Part shown: piece after piece, positions 15,401 to 28,962 of the stretch | How positions within the stretch are numbered: the stretch's first letter is position 1 | Layout of the letters: the number at the start of each line of letters is the position of its first letter | NCBI RefSeq assembly: GCF_009914755.1 | Contig: NC_060932.1 | Source: the human T2T-CHM13v2.0 reference genome, Homo sapiens | Strand: one strand, 5' to 3' | Length of the DNA: 64,000 nucleotides | Made by a program: the position numbers and the translations under genes | The notes under the pieces: generated by a model | What the model was told of the DNA's origin: nothing | Databases searched by the model: none | What the model saw: the letters and a program-made list of their open reading frames with translations, nothing else

Positions 15401-18400
15401 TATTATGGTAAAAATTTGGAAGAAGAAACAGTTATTTTGGGGGGATATGCCTGGGAATAAAGAGTCAAGAACAACAAACAATATCTTTATAATCCATTAA
15501 GAGCTATGCCAATGTTTGCAAGGTTTCCTTCAGCAGGAGAACATTAATACACTTAAAAAATAAAATCCAAAAAGTTCTTTTAGAGAATAGATGTTTTAGA
15601 TTAATTCTGTTTGTTTTCAAAATAAATAAGAACCATGGTAATGAACCTCAAAGGTGTATTGTCTTAGAGTTTCTGGCTTTAATATTGTAACTGATGACAT
15701 TAAAGGCAATTAATCCATTAATTAAAAATCTGCATTTATGCAAAGGAGAGGGGAAATAAACTACTTCAACTAGCTTCTGACATATTTACACTTGAAATCA
15801 AAGCTTTTGTTAAGTTAAACTAGAAAGAGCCGTTTAACATAAGAAAGAGTTAACACTCGCTTAGGGGTGCCCTTTTTTTTAAGTTTGTTGGAAAATACTT
15901 GACAAATCTGTCTGTAAAAGCAACTGCAAAAATATTGTCACTGCCCTTTTGACAGTCTGAAAAAATCATGGTTGTCAAAATAATAAGCAAACTACATTTT
16001 ATAACTATCAAGAGAAAAATATCAGTTTTCTACTTTATAAAGTTGTTTTTTAGCATATCCTAGTGTGTGATGACTGACTACCATACAGATAGGTTGATAA
16101 TGTCAATACGTAGGATATCTTCCTAAAAGAATCTAACACAATCCCACCTTCCATTTAGCTTGCAGAAATACATCGGCCTACTGAGTAAGCAACCAGGCAT
16201 TGCGGCTGACTTAAAGAACATCTTTATGTCCATGGAAATGAACATTTTTTAAACATCTGTAAGCCCTGGTTTCTTGGTAAAGACAGTAATAGTAGTAAGT
16301 TTGAGTGGCCAGCTGTTTTCCATATGTTACTCAGAAACTTTTACACAAGTACTTACTTCCTGGTAGTGTTGAGTGAGTGCTAGACCTACATTACCTTCCT
16401 TAAAATGAGAAAGGAAAGTATGTCAAGGGACTGCATTCTGCTTCTGAAGAGCTATGTACTTAGCAAGTAGTTTACTCAGAAGTAAGAGCCTACAGCAAAC
16501 TGATTTCAAAAGTCACTTAATCTTTTTAGACAGGCTGAACATGTCGTTCCGGAAGCAGCACGTGTAAATTCTCCCAAGACAAGCAACCCACTGACACTGG
16601 AAACTTGTGTTGAAGACCTATCATTTAAATGCGTTATGCTAAATTCTAGAGAGAAAGGAAGCAAAGATGATAAGATACGGTTTCTGCTCCCAAAGAGTTT
16701 TAAGGTTTTAAAGTAAATTGCCTTTGAGGCCTAAAAGAAAGAAACTTTCCCCTCTCCTCCTTTTCTTGCACTGACAGTTTTTCGCTTGTGTTTTTTAACA
16801 GTATTTCTTTTGCCCTTTGTATCCATCTTTCTATTATTTTCTGCTGTGTTGGTTCAATGATTATGATTTTGCTGCTAAAGTTTTTATTTCTTCAACTCGT
16901 CTGAGACTTAGCTTTACATTAAAACATTTCAAATAAATGTCAGAAAAGCAGTGTTAACTTTTTAAGACTTGATCCCGGTTGAGGGGCAACGTGCCCTTGT
17001 TAATTTCCCAAACATTAGGTAAATAAGTGAGGCGTGTTCCTGCCCTGTATTCTAATTGTCTGGCAAGAAAAATTTTCAGTTCAGGATGAGATGTTTGTCT
17101 CTTCCAAAATCTATATAGCATTAATCTCATTGAGACACCCCAAAATCTCAAATCTGAAGTATTGAAAAAAATACATAAAAGTAAGAAAGGGAAGTGATGT
17201 ATCCCCTGGGATCTACTCTACTTTTTACAATAAAATGTGGCTATAAGAAAAAAAAAAATCACATTATCTAATAATTATTAAGTAAAGCTCTGTTGTGTTT
17301 ATTATTACATTGGCCTAACAATTCTCATGCCTTTTAAGCACTCTGATGGCTTAAAGAAGAAATACTACATAAAGACATAAAAAAGAAGAAATACTGCGTG
17401 TCTATAGGTATTTTGTGCATCTAAATTCACACTGACTTCTCAAATTATATAGCGCCAAGAAAACAGAACTACTCCAGTTTAAGAGAGTCTTTGCCGTTCT
17501 GAATATTGTTTCTAATAAAAGTACATGCTATTATTGAGAGAAAGCTATAAGAGCTAATGGATTAAATGTTGGGGTATATTCCCAATTCCACCAATGACTG
17601 AGATGTTACCCTTATGCCTTCCTGGGCCTCACTTTGCTCCTCTCTAAAATAAAGAAATTTAATTTTGTCTATTATTCCTTCCAAAAGCAAAATTCTACTG
17701 CATTTCTGAGACATGTGTGATACTTACGGCTGCGTTCAGTTTTCCACTTTCATTCATACTACTCACCTTAATCAGGGAATGTATTAATTACAAATTAAAG
17801 ATAATTATTTGACTCATTAGGTTTAGGGTATATACATGTCAAATACCCTCAACTCTCCCTCCAGGTATATCAAACAAAACCTCGAGCTCCTACTGCTGAA
17901 ATTCACATTTTCCTCTTACTTGATATCAACATGTTCTATTTTTATGTCTCATAAATTTAATTATCTGCTAAAATGAAGACTGAAGCCCAATGCCCCAAAC
18001 ACTAATTTCCACAAATACGGATTCAGAATAGGTTTCTAAAAATTTCAGTATCCTATTTGTCACAATTGTATTGAATCTATTATCTTTCATTAAATTATTC
18101 CGTGTGTGGGTCACTGTTTTGCCCTAAGTGATTTACCACCCAACCTTGCCCTCCTAAAATTATTTACAGTGCAGCTACACAACCGTTTTCAGCATGCTTT
18201 AGGCTTGTACTTCCTGGAGGGAACTTCACTTCACTTCAGTGACAAAACTATTCATCTGCGATGAACACTACCACTAGCTCCAGTGCCACCTCCCATGTAG
18301 CTATGCAGTCACTGCAAACATGAGCAAGCCTAATGCTTGCTGCATCGCACGTGATTTCATTTAACAAGCAGTAATTTCCCTTTTCTCTCTGAGAATGACT

Positions 18401-19918
18401 TGGTTCAATGTAAATAAAGGCCGTAAAGTTTAGTTGGAAGAGAATAAGAGAATATTGGAAGTTGTGTAGCCTGGAGTAATTGAGATATGCAGGATGTTCC
18501 AAGTTACAAGATTTATTGTGTATCTACAGACACTTTATGATACAAATGACAATGAGCTAATAGTTATACGTGCTTCTGGTGTCATAGAACTTTAGATGTC
18601 ATTTGTCATTTATTTAAAGGACAAAACTGAAGGAAGTTAGGTTAGGTTTAGGAATCATCAAAAGAAAAGAAAGTGTCAGTATAAGGAGCATCACAGGTTC
18701 CTATATCCTATAAGTTATAATATACATTGGAGATCAGAACTTTTTCTTTTCTATTTCTAATATTTAGATTACAGATGAGCTCAGAAGCTAACCTCAGAAA
18801 CTATTTTAAGAATAAAACATTCCATCATTGCAATTGCGGGAATCTTATTGGCAATCATTATTTGCATGTTGGAAAAATGGTGGTAGCGGAGGTGATACAA
18901 AAAGGAGAAATCTAATGCTACCATTTTGACTTACTTTTACCAAGATTAAACATGGCCATCACAAAAGATTGGCTTCCTAAACTGTGGACATCTTCCCAGT
19001 TCTTATAAGTAAGGGATGGTTTACCTCAAAATAACACTGAATTAAAAGTGACTTGTGTCCAAAGAGCTAAAGTCAGCACAAATTATAACAGCCCATGGCT
19101 TGCTGAGTTCTCACAATTTCAAGCATTTGCCTAAGGCCTTCCTCACTCACTTCTTCTGTACTCACACTAGCTGACTTCGGGGGAATCCAGCAGTATTGCC
19201 GGCCCCCAGTGGCACAGTGGCACAGAGCAGCCTGCGACCACGAAGATGCCGGCAGATCCCCGTCACCTCCCTCCCCACCAAGTGTGTGGAGGGGCCAGCT
19301 CTCTCCGCCTCCCTGATCATTTGTTTACTGTGCTCAAGTTGGGATTCTTGGCCAATAGGCAGCTCAAGGGGGAAAGAAACACGGTGTCTTAAGTGCATTA
19401 AATCTTCATATTAGCCCCCTGGCTTGGTAAACCTTTATGTTGGCTTTGTTCTCTTTTTTTCAAGCATGACAAACAAGTGGTTTTTCTTTTTCACTTTAAT
19501 GATTCTTTAAACAAAAAGGGGTAGTTTAGGGCTTTCTCCGAGGCTGATAGGTGTTTCTGTTTAATGAGGTTTTTATTATACTGTATTGGCTTCCCTGAAA
19601 AGAAATTACGAGCAGCAAACAGCTGATAATAGAAAAAGGCTGGAAGAAACAATAACCAAGAGGGGGAAAAAATTAGTGTGGCAGCAGATGCACGCGTTGT
19701 AGCTGCGGGATTAAATGCCACTTCCATTCTCCCTTGGCCACCATTGTGCAAGTAATAAAGTGAATGTGGACACTTATGTGCCAGTTATGTGTGTGCAAAA
19801 GATATAGATATAGATATAGACTCAGCTAAACTGCCATCTGTGGAGGAAGAAGGCTGGTGAGCTCAGTCTAGACAAAGATGAGTGAAGCTCAGAGTGCGGG
19901 GTTTACAAGGGCTGGTCG

Positions 19919-19932
19919 GTTACCATGGAAAC
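19919..19932. promoter_or_regulatory. RFX X-box motif GTTACCATGGAAAC
   Basis: Near-palindromic match to GTTGCCATGGCAAC in a repeat-poor block upstream of the distal first exon. Confidence 0.5.
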
Positions 19933-22439
19933 TAATTGGAGCTAATAAGTAAAGGGACATTTTAACTGTGGGAACAGAATAGGAGGGGCTATTTTTCAAT
20001 ATCACCGTTACCTACAATTAATCTTTCATTTTAGGAGTGTCTTTACTTAATTCTTATTATGAAGCGCTTCACTCTGTGCACAACCTCACCCTGCTCAATG
20101 TACTTGAAAATTCGGCATATCATCTTTTAGAATGTGCTGTATTTTAGGTTTAGATCTTTCAAGACAGAATCAATTTCACTTTTTTTTTTTTCTTAAAAAA
20201 TAAACTGTTTGCAGATGGCAAAGAGAAAGGAAGGGAGGTAATGGAAAATTCTTAACTTCTAAACTGACACTCCGCTGAGCACTAAAGCAGACTACAGAGA
20301 GAAGGGGAGCTGGGACCTTATCCTGCAGCACCAACTTCAGGTTTTTGTTTGAGTTGATTTTCCCTAACAAAAGCATTTCAGAACAACAACGAAAAATGTG
20401 CCTTTGTGGACTTACTCTTACAATACTTTCCAAAGGTAGCATTTACAGCTACTGCAGAAGCAAGTATTAAGATCATAGCAAACAACCACATCTATTGCAT
20501 CCTTGTATTTTTTATTTTAAAGCAAGTATTAAATCGTGTAAATAGCTGAAGTTATCAATAAAAGAGAAGCAGTGACTGAGTTTTAATGAAAAGATCTACA
20601 ATTAATAATAGAATAAAATGTCCGTGTTAAAAAGCACTTTAAACAATAATGTAGGTCAGAACCAGGCCCATTTGGGAATGCCTCATAGACAGTGTGTTAC
20701 AAGCACAGGGTTGATAAAGCTTCTTGATTCCGCATCTGTACAGTTTCTTAGGTTTTACTTTTGTAACTCAATTTACAGTTTAAGAGAATGCGAACTACCT
20801 TAATAATGTCTCTGGGGTCTTCAAAATCTATGCAGTTGAGGTAATCCAGATTTCCAGACATGGGTCTGGTTGGATTAACCCCCCTCCCGCCAAAACAGGA
20901 AAAAAAAATACCTTACAATAATTGGCACTATTAAAAATTTTATGATGCCCAAGGGAAGTTAGAGCCCCGTTGTGCCACTTGCCATTGTTGAAAATGTTTG
21001 TGTTGATTATGTATCTGGACTTAGCTGATTAGGAGTAGTTTAGTGAATACACAATATATTGTGAAACAGACACCTCATAATCACTTCTGAGAAGCAATTG
21101 AGCAAATGAATCAGGACTTTAACTTCTGATTCTTTTTCTTCCCTCCTTCTTCTTTATAACTCAATTATAAGAAAAAAATGCACTGCAGAAAAATTAGTTT
21201 TCTAATTTTGTACATCAGAAAATTGCACCCAGAATAATTTTTAAGTATCTTAATATAATACCACACACAAAAATTCTGGAAAAACACAAGCTAGTCAAAT
21301 CAATGTTGCTAGAAACTGAAATAATTCTCCTTGTGATACTAGCATGCCCATATTAGATAACTATTTATAGTCTAAATTTTAAGGCATTAGGCAAGTTTAA
21401 GAGTTTTTTTGTTTTTTTTTTAAAACAATCCCCCTCCCAGTTCAAAGAAATACAAAAGGTGCAATACTTAAAATGTTGGCTTCCCACAGACACTGTCAGG
21501 AAGTTGGTAGTGTTTAAAATTCCTATTTTCTCTTTCAGTTTATCAAAATTCCTTAGATATCTGATGGAATTTTTGAAATTGTGAGATTTGTGGCAATTAA
21601 TTGATTTCCAGATATCTTCTTAAAGTACTGTAACAAGTATAGCCATTTTCTGGTTCAGACTGCTGTCAAAGTACTTACTTTCATTAAACAGTTCAGAAAA
21701 CCAAAAAAAAAAAAAAAATGCCCCTAAGAAGAAGGTATTGAAATGACCAAAAATTGAAAACATTTCAAAGCAAAATTGTTAATGAGCTGTTTGAGCTATA
21801 TGGACATTATAAGTGCAATTAACTAGAAGCCAATAAAAATAATCAATGACAGAGTGCAGCCCTCTGGTACCAAAGTGCTTTTACAAAGAGATGTCTGTGA
21901 AAGCAGCAAGTGATTAAAAAAGCCACCTTTATCTATGGGAGCGCGTGCTATTTTACATGAGTAGAAACGAAAATGATTTTCATTGACTATTTCTGAAGTT
22001 CAGCCTGTGGCAAACAGTGAAGAGCTGTGTGTGGGAATAGAGAAGTTTCTGCTCTTAGCTGCGCCCCCACCCCCTCCTTGCCAAGAATGTTGGAGGCAGC
22101 CACGATCTAATCAAAGAAAGGTAGGAGTTTAGATTTCAAAATGTAGATGTCACATTTCAGTGCCAACTACTCCTACATTAACCCTTTATCAGCAAGTCAA
22201 GATGAACCTTTTATCTCCTATGGAAGGGAAAACGTCTTGCTGAGATGGCCCTTCCATAGACGGGCAGTAAAAATGTTTAGGGTTTCTGTGCATCCCACTG
22301 AGGGTCCCCATCATCTCAGGGGGAGCACGAGGAGTTGTGAAAAGTAACGCACAACTGGTCATCAGAATAATTCATTCCCTCCACCTTCTCTGTAGCACCT
22401 CCCACTTCTCCTCTTTTTATAGCAGTCCTTTCTCTCTGA

Positions 22440-22600
22440 AAATCTCAGGTTACTTGACTGGGAGTTCTCAGACCTCCAGTTTCAGCCCTGCCCTCAGCCT
22501 CCAATCCGTAAGAGACACCCAGCCCCAGCAATTGGATTGGGCAGCCCGTCTTGACACACCACTGTGCTGAGTGCTTGAGGACGTGTTTCAACAGATGGTT
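22440..22600 (+). promoter_or_regulatory. SULF1: Distal SULF1 promoter, no obvious TATA box, with CCAAT boxes
   Basis: CCAAT at 22501-22505; tandem ATTGG at 22531-22540; directly upstream of a first-exon donor. Confidence 0.6.
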
Positions 22601-22773
22601 GGGGTTAGTGTGTGTCATCACATTCGAGTGGGGATTAAGAGAAGGAAGGCTGCCTTGCTGGAGCTGTGTGGTCTTCTCCAAGTGAGAGTCGCAGGCAATA
22701 GAACTACTTTGCTTTTGGAGGAAAAGGAGGAATTCATTTTCAGCAGACACAAGAAAAGCAGTTTTTTTTTCAG
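22600..22773 (+). other. SULF1: SULF1 distal non-coding first exon (TSS approximate)
   Basis: Ends CAG|GTAAAG; sequence and ~26 kb spacing to the other first exon agree with recalled SULF1 isoforms. Confidence 0.8.
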
Positions 22774-25581
22774 GTAAAGTAAAAGACATTGAATGCTTCT
22801 CTCCCCCTCTCTCTTTTAGCATAGTTTTGAATGGAATGCTAGCACGGCACACTTGTCAAAGCCAGTTGTTGCTGTCCTATCAATGCTGCTATTGTACGGC
22901 TGACAGATGACGGTGAGCATAGCTTGATGCTTGGCTGTCTTTGTAGAACTAACACTCCTCATGCCTTGCTTTTGAAGGTGTAGCTAAGAAAATACCTTTG
23001 GGAGCCGCGTTTGTACCTTTTCATATCCCCGTTGTATACTCAAAACAGGAGCTATAACTTGCTTGTAGAGGATAGATAAGGCTGAGAAAGGATTTATTTT
23101 AGCTTTCAAAATTAAAATTCACTTTCAAACTGTTGCATTTTACTGCTCAATTTATAAAGATTCTTTGAAGGGTCTATTACTGAGTTGCTGGCAGAGGTGG
23201 AAGTGCTTTCTTCACCGATTTGTGCAAGGTAGATTATGTCTGATTTATGACAGAGCAAAGGGTGTTTTAAAATATTTTTGGAGATTGACTCTGAAGTTTG
23301 GAAACTCCTGAAGAGAAGGGGCTACCCTCTGAACAGCCACTAGGTCGGCTTTAAAACAAAAATGCTTAGAGCTGGAAGAAAAGCAGAGAAGGAAGAAGGA
23401 GGAAAATGCTCTTTAACATAGCCCTCTTGCAGCTGCAGGGAAAGCAGATGGAGGTAATTGATTTGCAGATCTGTTTGTGAAAGTTTTACAAGTCATGGAA
23501 AACTAAAGTAGCATCTCTGTAATGGATCATTAAGAGTCACTACATTTATAGGTTTTAGACCGGCTAAGTGAAGTGTTAATTAAACGTAAATAGATTTTCA
23601 GGTTTGGTTATAAACAGACAAACAGAAAGGATTTAATTATAAACTAGTCATTGGAAATTAATAGTCATCTGGTGCCTGAGCAACACAAAATGAGTTGTCA
23701 TCATATATGCGAGTAGCCGTAACGGCTCTACCAAAAGCACCCACCAATATTGAATTGAACTATTTATAAATATAAGAAGGGGGTTTATATGCTATGTTTA
23801 ATTTATAGTATTAAAAAAAAGGCCTTTCAATTCAGGCTCTATTTTCACAGGGATCAAAACATAAAATTTTTTATTTTCCAAATTTTCTAGCAAGATAGGT
23901 GAGCCAATGAGACTTCTGCTACCCTAATATACTTGCCCTCCGATAGCAACATTCATATACCTGTGGTATGCAGAGCTTCTGGCTCCTACTGGACTTTCAC
24001 ATTTGGCAGAGAAATCCAGCATTATCCTCACCCTTTGCAGGTGAGAGATTCTATGAATAATATTGTATATAAGCTGTTCTGAAATAAGAGCTGTTTGGTA
24101 GGTTGAATAACAGGATTTATGGCTAGTGCTTTGTGATTTTAGTATTCGATTGCATAAAGATGCCTGTAAAATTATGTTTCAAGTTGCATTATACATATTT
24201 TTGCAACCATGCAGATAATTTTTTTAAAATCCTTTTTTTAAAAAAGTTAAGATTAAAACAATATTTTAATATGGTCTTTAATTTTTATTCAAAATGTTCT
24301 CCAGTTATACTCTCAAACTTCTCCTTCAATGAGAAATTATCCTCATAAATACCCAGGCAGTTATTCCGACTGAGTATTATCTGATTCCCAATATTACATA
24401 ACCAAAATAGATCCAAGTTCATAAGCTGAAGTCTTTCGGAGTTCCAGTCATTCCATTTTGGCTTTACAATGGAAATGAGGTTTTAAAAAATAAAGACAGA
24501 AAGGCAAGCTAATATCTCGTGTTGTATCAGGATTAGAACTACATGGACAGCATATAGCATGCATGGTGCTAACTACCAATACCATTTTTCACTACTGCAG
24601 AAATATTTCACAAGAAAGTCAAGTGCCTCCTCACAGATCGGATTTTCCTCCCTGAGATGTGGCATGATGGCATCTAACAGAGGCAAGGTGCTATTTAGCA
24701 ACAGGTGCCCCACCAGCATACATCCCTGATGTTGCAGATCGATCACAGGGCTGCCTGGACAGGACTTTGACAGTATGGGACAATTCCCCTGAAAAAAACA
24801 ATTGTACACAGGATTAGGCAGGATAGAAACAAGAAAGGAAGTGTGGAGAGATAATAAATTCACACCTTGAAACGGCAGCCGTGTTTTTGTCCCCCTAACA
24901 GGGTAATGTGAAGTTACTTCGTGAACTGAAAGGGCTTGCTTGAAACACAGTGTCCACAGGGCAATCCCAGCTTCTTGTCAAAATCAAAATCTACTGTCCC
25001 AGGTGGTAAACATGCAGAGACATATTTATGGCGACCTCTACATACCTCAGTTTGACATTTGGTTTCTTCCTGACAGCACTTGTGCTGGTAATACACATGA
25101 AGTTCCCATCAGCATTCTACCAGCTGTGAAAGTGTTTGAGCACACGGGATATCCCTTCCAGAGAAGCGAAAAATAATGGAGGTTGAGGAGATCTGAAATG
25201 TGCACTCGGTATGCATTAAGGTGACAGATCTTAGAGGTGAAAAGTGATCTGAAAGCTTGATTTGTGAAAGTGACAAAATTCATTTTTATGGTGGTGTGCA
25301 ATACCAAAATACATTAGTCCAGGTATTCACTGAATCCATGGTAGGTTATGAGTAGGAACCTCCATCAGGAAACTAGAAGGGTTCTACTCTGTTTTCCTTC
25401 TAAGAAAATGTAAGTGACTTCATGCAGATTGTTGTAGCCATTTCCATCATAATAGTAGAGACAAGTGGCAAATGGGACATTTCCTATTTCCTTCCCTAAT
25501 TATGTATCCATATTGGAAGGGTTAGAGGTTTGTTTCTTCTGTGTTTTATATTGAAAATGGGTTTATTCTTTAAAAATCCTA

Positions 25582-25965
<384 letters not shown>

Positions 25966-26309
25966 TCAGCTCAGGACATCCGGTTTTTTTTCCCCTGTGC
26001 AATATTTTTGTGTGGAGAACATAAAGTAAATTTAAGGGGATTAAAATTTTTAAAACCAGACTCTAAATAGATGGTCGCTTTTATCATTATTGACTTTGGG
26101 GAGAAGGAGGCTCATGTATGAAACTAAGTCTATGATCATGTGGTAAATTCAGCTTTTATTTAGGTTAGAACCATGAAAATTTTTGAAAGGAGATATCTTA
26201 TGGAAAAAAATTGTCCTGAAATATGTTTCCTATTTAAATTCTTTTTAATCTATCTTAATATCCTGAGGAGGTGGGGAATTCGCCAGTTAGCCTTTTTTTC
26301 CCCTCTCAT

Positions 26310-27115
26310 ATTTTCCTCTCCCCTATAGCCAGTCTGTCATCAAATTCTGTGAGTCCTTCCTTTAAAATATCTCCCACATGTGGCCCATAGCTACCATCCC
26401 AGCGCAATGATCATCTCACATGTGGGCCATTGCAACAGCCTCCTAAATGGTCCACTTGCCTCCATTTCCCTCTTCTGTCTACTACTGCAGACTCAGCTTC
26501 CTAAAATGTCAGTTTCATCAAAGCTCTTCTAGTCTGAAAATTACCACATAAACCCTTACTACCCATAAAATGAATTTCAGTCCTATTCTAATGTGCTGGC
26601 CTTCTATTATTTGGCCCGAACTTTCCAACCATTTCTCCCCGCCAAATCCCCACAACCTCAGAAGTCTACCCTTCCTTCCAGCTAAAGTGGGCAGCACAGC
26701 ATCTCTACTTTCTAGCCTTTTCTTTCAGCCCTAACCACTCTAGTTTTCTATCTTGTCTTTAAAATGAGTTTGTCATCATGTGCACGGTTCCTTCTAAGTC
26801 TACATTCATAAGCCTGTGTGTAAAATGCCCCACTCAGTTCATCCTTATCACCTCTATATATTCATCCTTCAAAGTTTCAGCTTAAGTTCCACCGCCTTTG
26901 AGAAGCCTCTCTGACCGCTACCTCTTCCAGCAATGCTTTTCTTCCCTTCATGTTGACCACTGGTTATCTATGGATTGCACTTAAAACAATTGCTTTATTT
27001 TTTATTCTGCTCTATAGTTTGCTTCTTTATTCCTTGACTTCTCAGGTGGAGTGACAGGGACTGGCCTGGTCCACTTTAATGACCCACAGAAGACCCTAAT
27101 AAGTGTGCTTACTAA
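26310..27115 (+). mobile_element. L2 3' region, highly diverged
   Basis: atcatctcac...cattgcaacagcctcctaaatggtcc..ttgcctcc and tcatccttcaaagtttcagcttaag. Confidence 0.7.
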
Positions 27116-27409
27116 ACTCACCAGGACATTCGAACACTCAAGACACTTTCCTCTCTAGAGTTACCCCAATTTAGAGCCATTCACTGGCTCCGGTAGCTTC
27201 CTCCCCACCCAGGACAGGAAACGAAAAAAAAAAAAATGAAACTCAGTGGGTTTTATTTGGGGGAAACTTAAGGAAAATGCCCCTAAGGCAGAAAGTGAAA
27301 TAATTGCCCCAGATTAAGCTTGAGTATTATATGAAAAATCCCTATGAAGTTCAGCTTTAACTGTAGTAGAAATTACATGTATTGGCTGCTGCTCTATCAT
27401 AAAATCCCA

Positions 27410-27640
27410 AATATGGCTTTGGAGCAGGAGAGTACAGGCTCTGGGTTCAAACAGACCTGTGTTCTAATCCAGGGACCACCTCTCTAGCTGTGTGGCCTTG
27501 GACAGCGAACTGACCCATTCTGAGATTCAGCTCCTTCCTCTGTAAAATACAGATAGGAGTACTTATCTTGGGAACATTTTAAAGAAAACACATAAATCAC
27601 CTAGCTCAGTGCATATCCAATATTGTATGTTCAATAAATG
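27410..27640 (+). mobile_element. MIR
   Basis: agctgtgtggccttggaca...cttcctctgtaaaat...ttcaataaatgg. Confidence 0.8.
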
Positions 27641-28649
27641 GAAGTGAGAGAGGGTTGATTGGTGCATATGTAGATCCAGACCTAGGATGCAGGAATGACA
27701 AACGTTCAGCTATGTCAGTCATTAATCCTATGTATCTATGATGTGCCTTCCTTTAGCATTTTCTTCTGCCACCAAAGGCAGGGGAATAAGGAAAGGAGGG
27801 AGAGAGCAAGGGAGAGAAAGTGAGAGAGAGAGAGAGAGAGAAGGAGGGAGGTGCTCTTGGCATTTAGGGATTTGGAGCAACTGAGCTAATGGCTCTGTAG
27901 GGACAGTAGTGACAGTTAAATACACGTTGAGGGAGAAATGAAGCATGAAGCCCTGGGTCCTGCACCAAGGATAATAAAGAGCAGGCCCTGGGCCACTGTG
28001 CTATGCTGTTGGGGAACAAAGGACCCCATCCCTGTACCATAGCAGGGATTTGGATTCTCTAAGGGTCATGTGCTTCCCTTCTTTCCTCCTGGCTCACCAT
28101 CTAGAAAGAAATATTAATAAAAACTTGGCAAAACATTGTAGAGAGTCAGATCGAGCTTCCAGAAGTAATTGATAAAGCAAGATACCATTTAGACTTCACC
28201 TTCAAACCAAATTTAACAAAAAAGCTGAAAGCAATCAGCTTGAGCCCCTTACCATTCCCAAACTCTGCACCCATCATCAAACATTGAACCTTCTATTTCT
28301 GCCTTTTCCCTGGAAGGGCAGCTGACTGTGAAATTCTCTAACAAGGCACTGAATGCCACTTAGCAAATATGTCCTTAGACATTGGATATTCAGTTCTAGC
28401 TTTCTGATCATCTGGTCTGCACCTGCCCTCAGCCAGGGAGAGGAAAGAAACTGGAACTGCCTGGGATGATGGGTAAGGCAGTATTTCTGGAGATCCCTCC
28501 CTCTCCCTAGCAAACATATCTATCAAATTTTCAAAGAGAGGCATTAACAATCACATTTGACACCATCGTCACCTGTAGCCGCTAAGCTAGTCTTCGTTGC
28601 CCTCTAAATATGTGGTCCATGTACTCCTGCACAGTAGTGTATTAAACTT

Positions 28650-28962
28650 TTTAAATTTTAATTTAATTTAATTTTTTGAGACAATGTCTCACTCTCTCAT
28701 CCAGGCTGGAGGGCAATTGCAAGATCATAGCTTACAGCAGCCTCCGTCTTCTGGGCTCAAGTGATCCTCCTGCCTCAGTCTCATGAGTAGCTAGGATTGC
28801 CAGCATGCACCACCATACCCAGCTATTTTTTATTTTTAATTTTTTAGAGACTGGGTCTCACTATGGTACCCAGGCTGGTCTCAAACTCTTAGCCTCAAGT
28901 GGTCCTCCCAGTTCAGCCTCCCAAAGTGCTGGTATTACAGGTGTGAGCAACCACACCGGCCC
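28650..28962 (-). mobile_element. AluJ
   Basis: Diverged reverse Alu. Confidence 0.92.

Noticed and set aside
24560-25330. Balanced-composition block with several short ORFs, considered as a pseudogene
   Set aside because: No recognisable protein similarity, poly(A) tail or TSD
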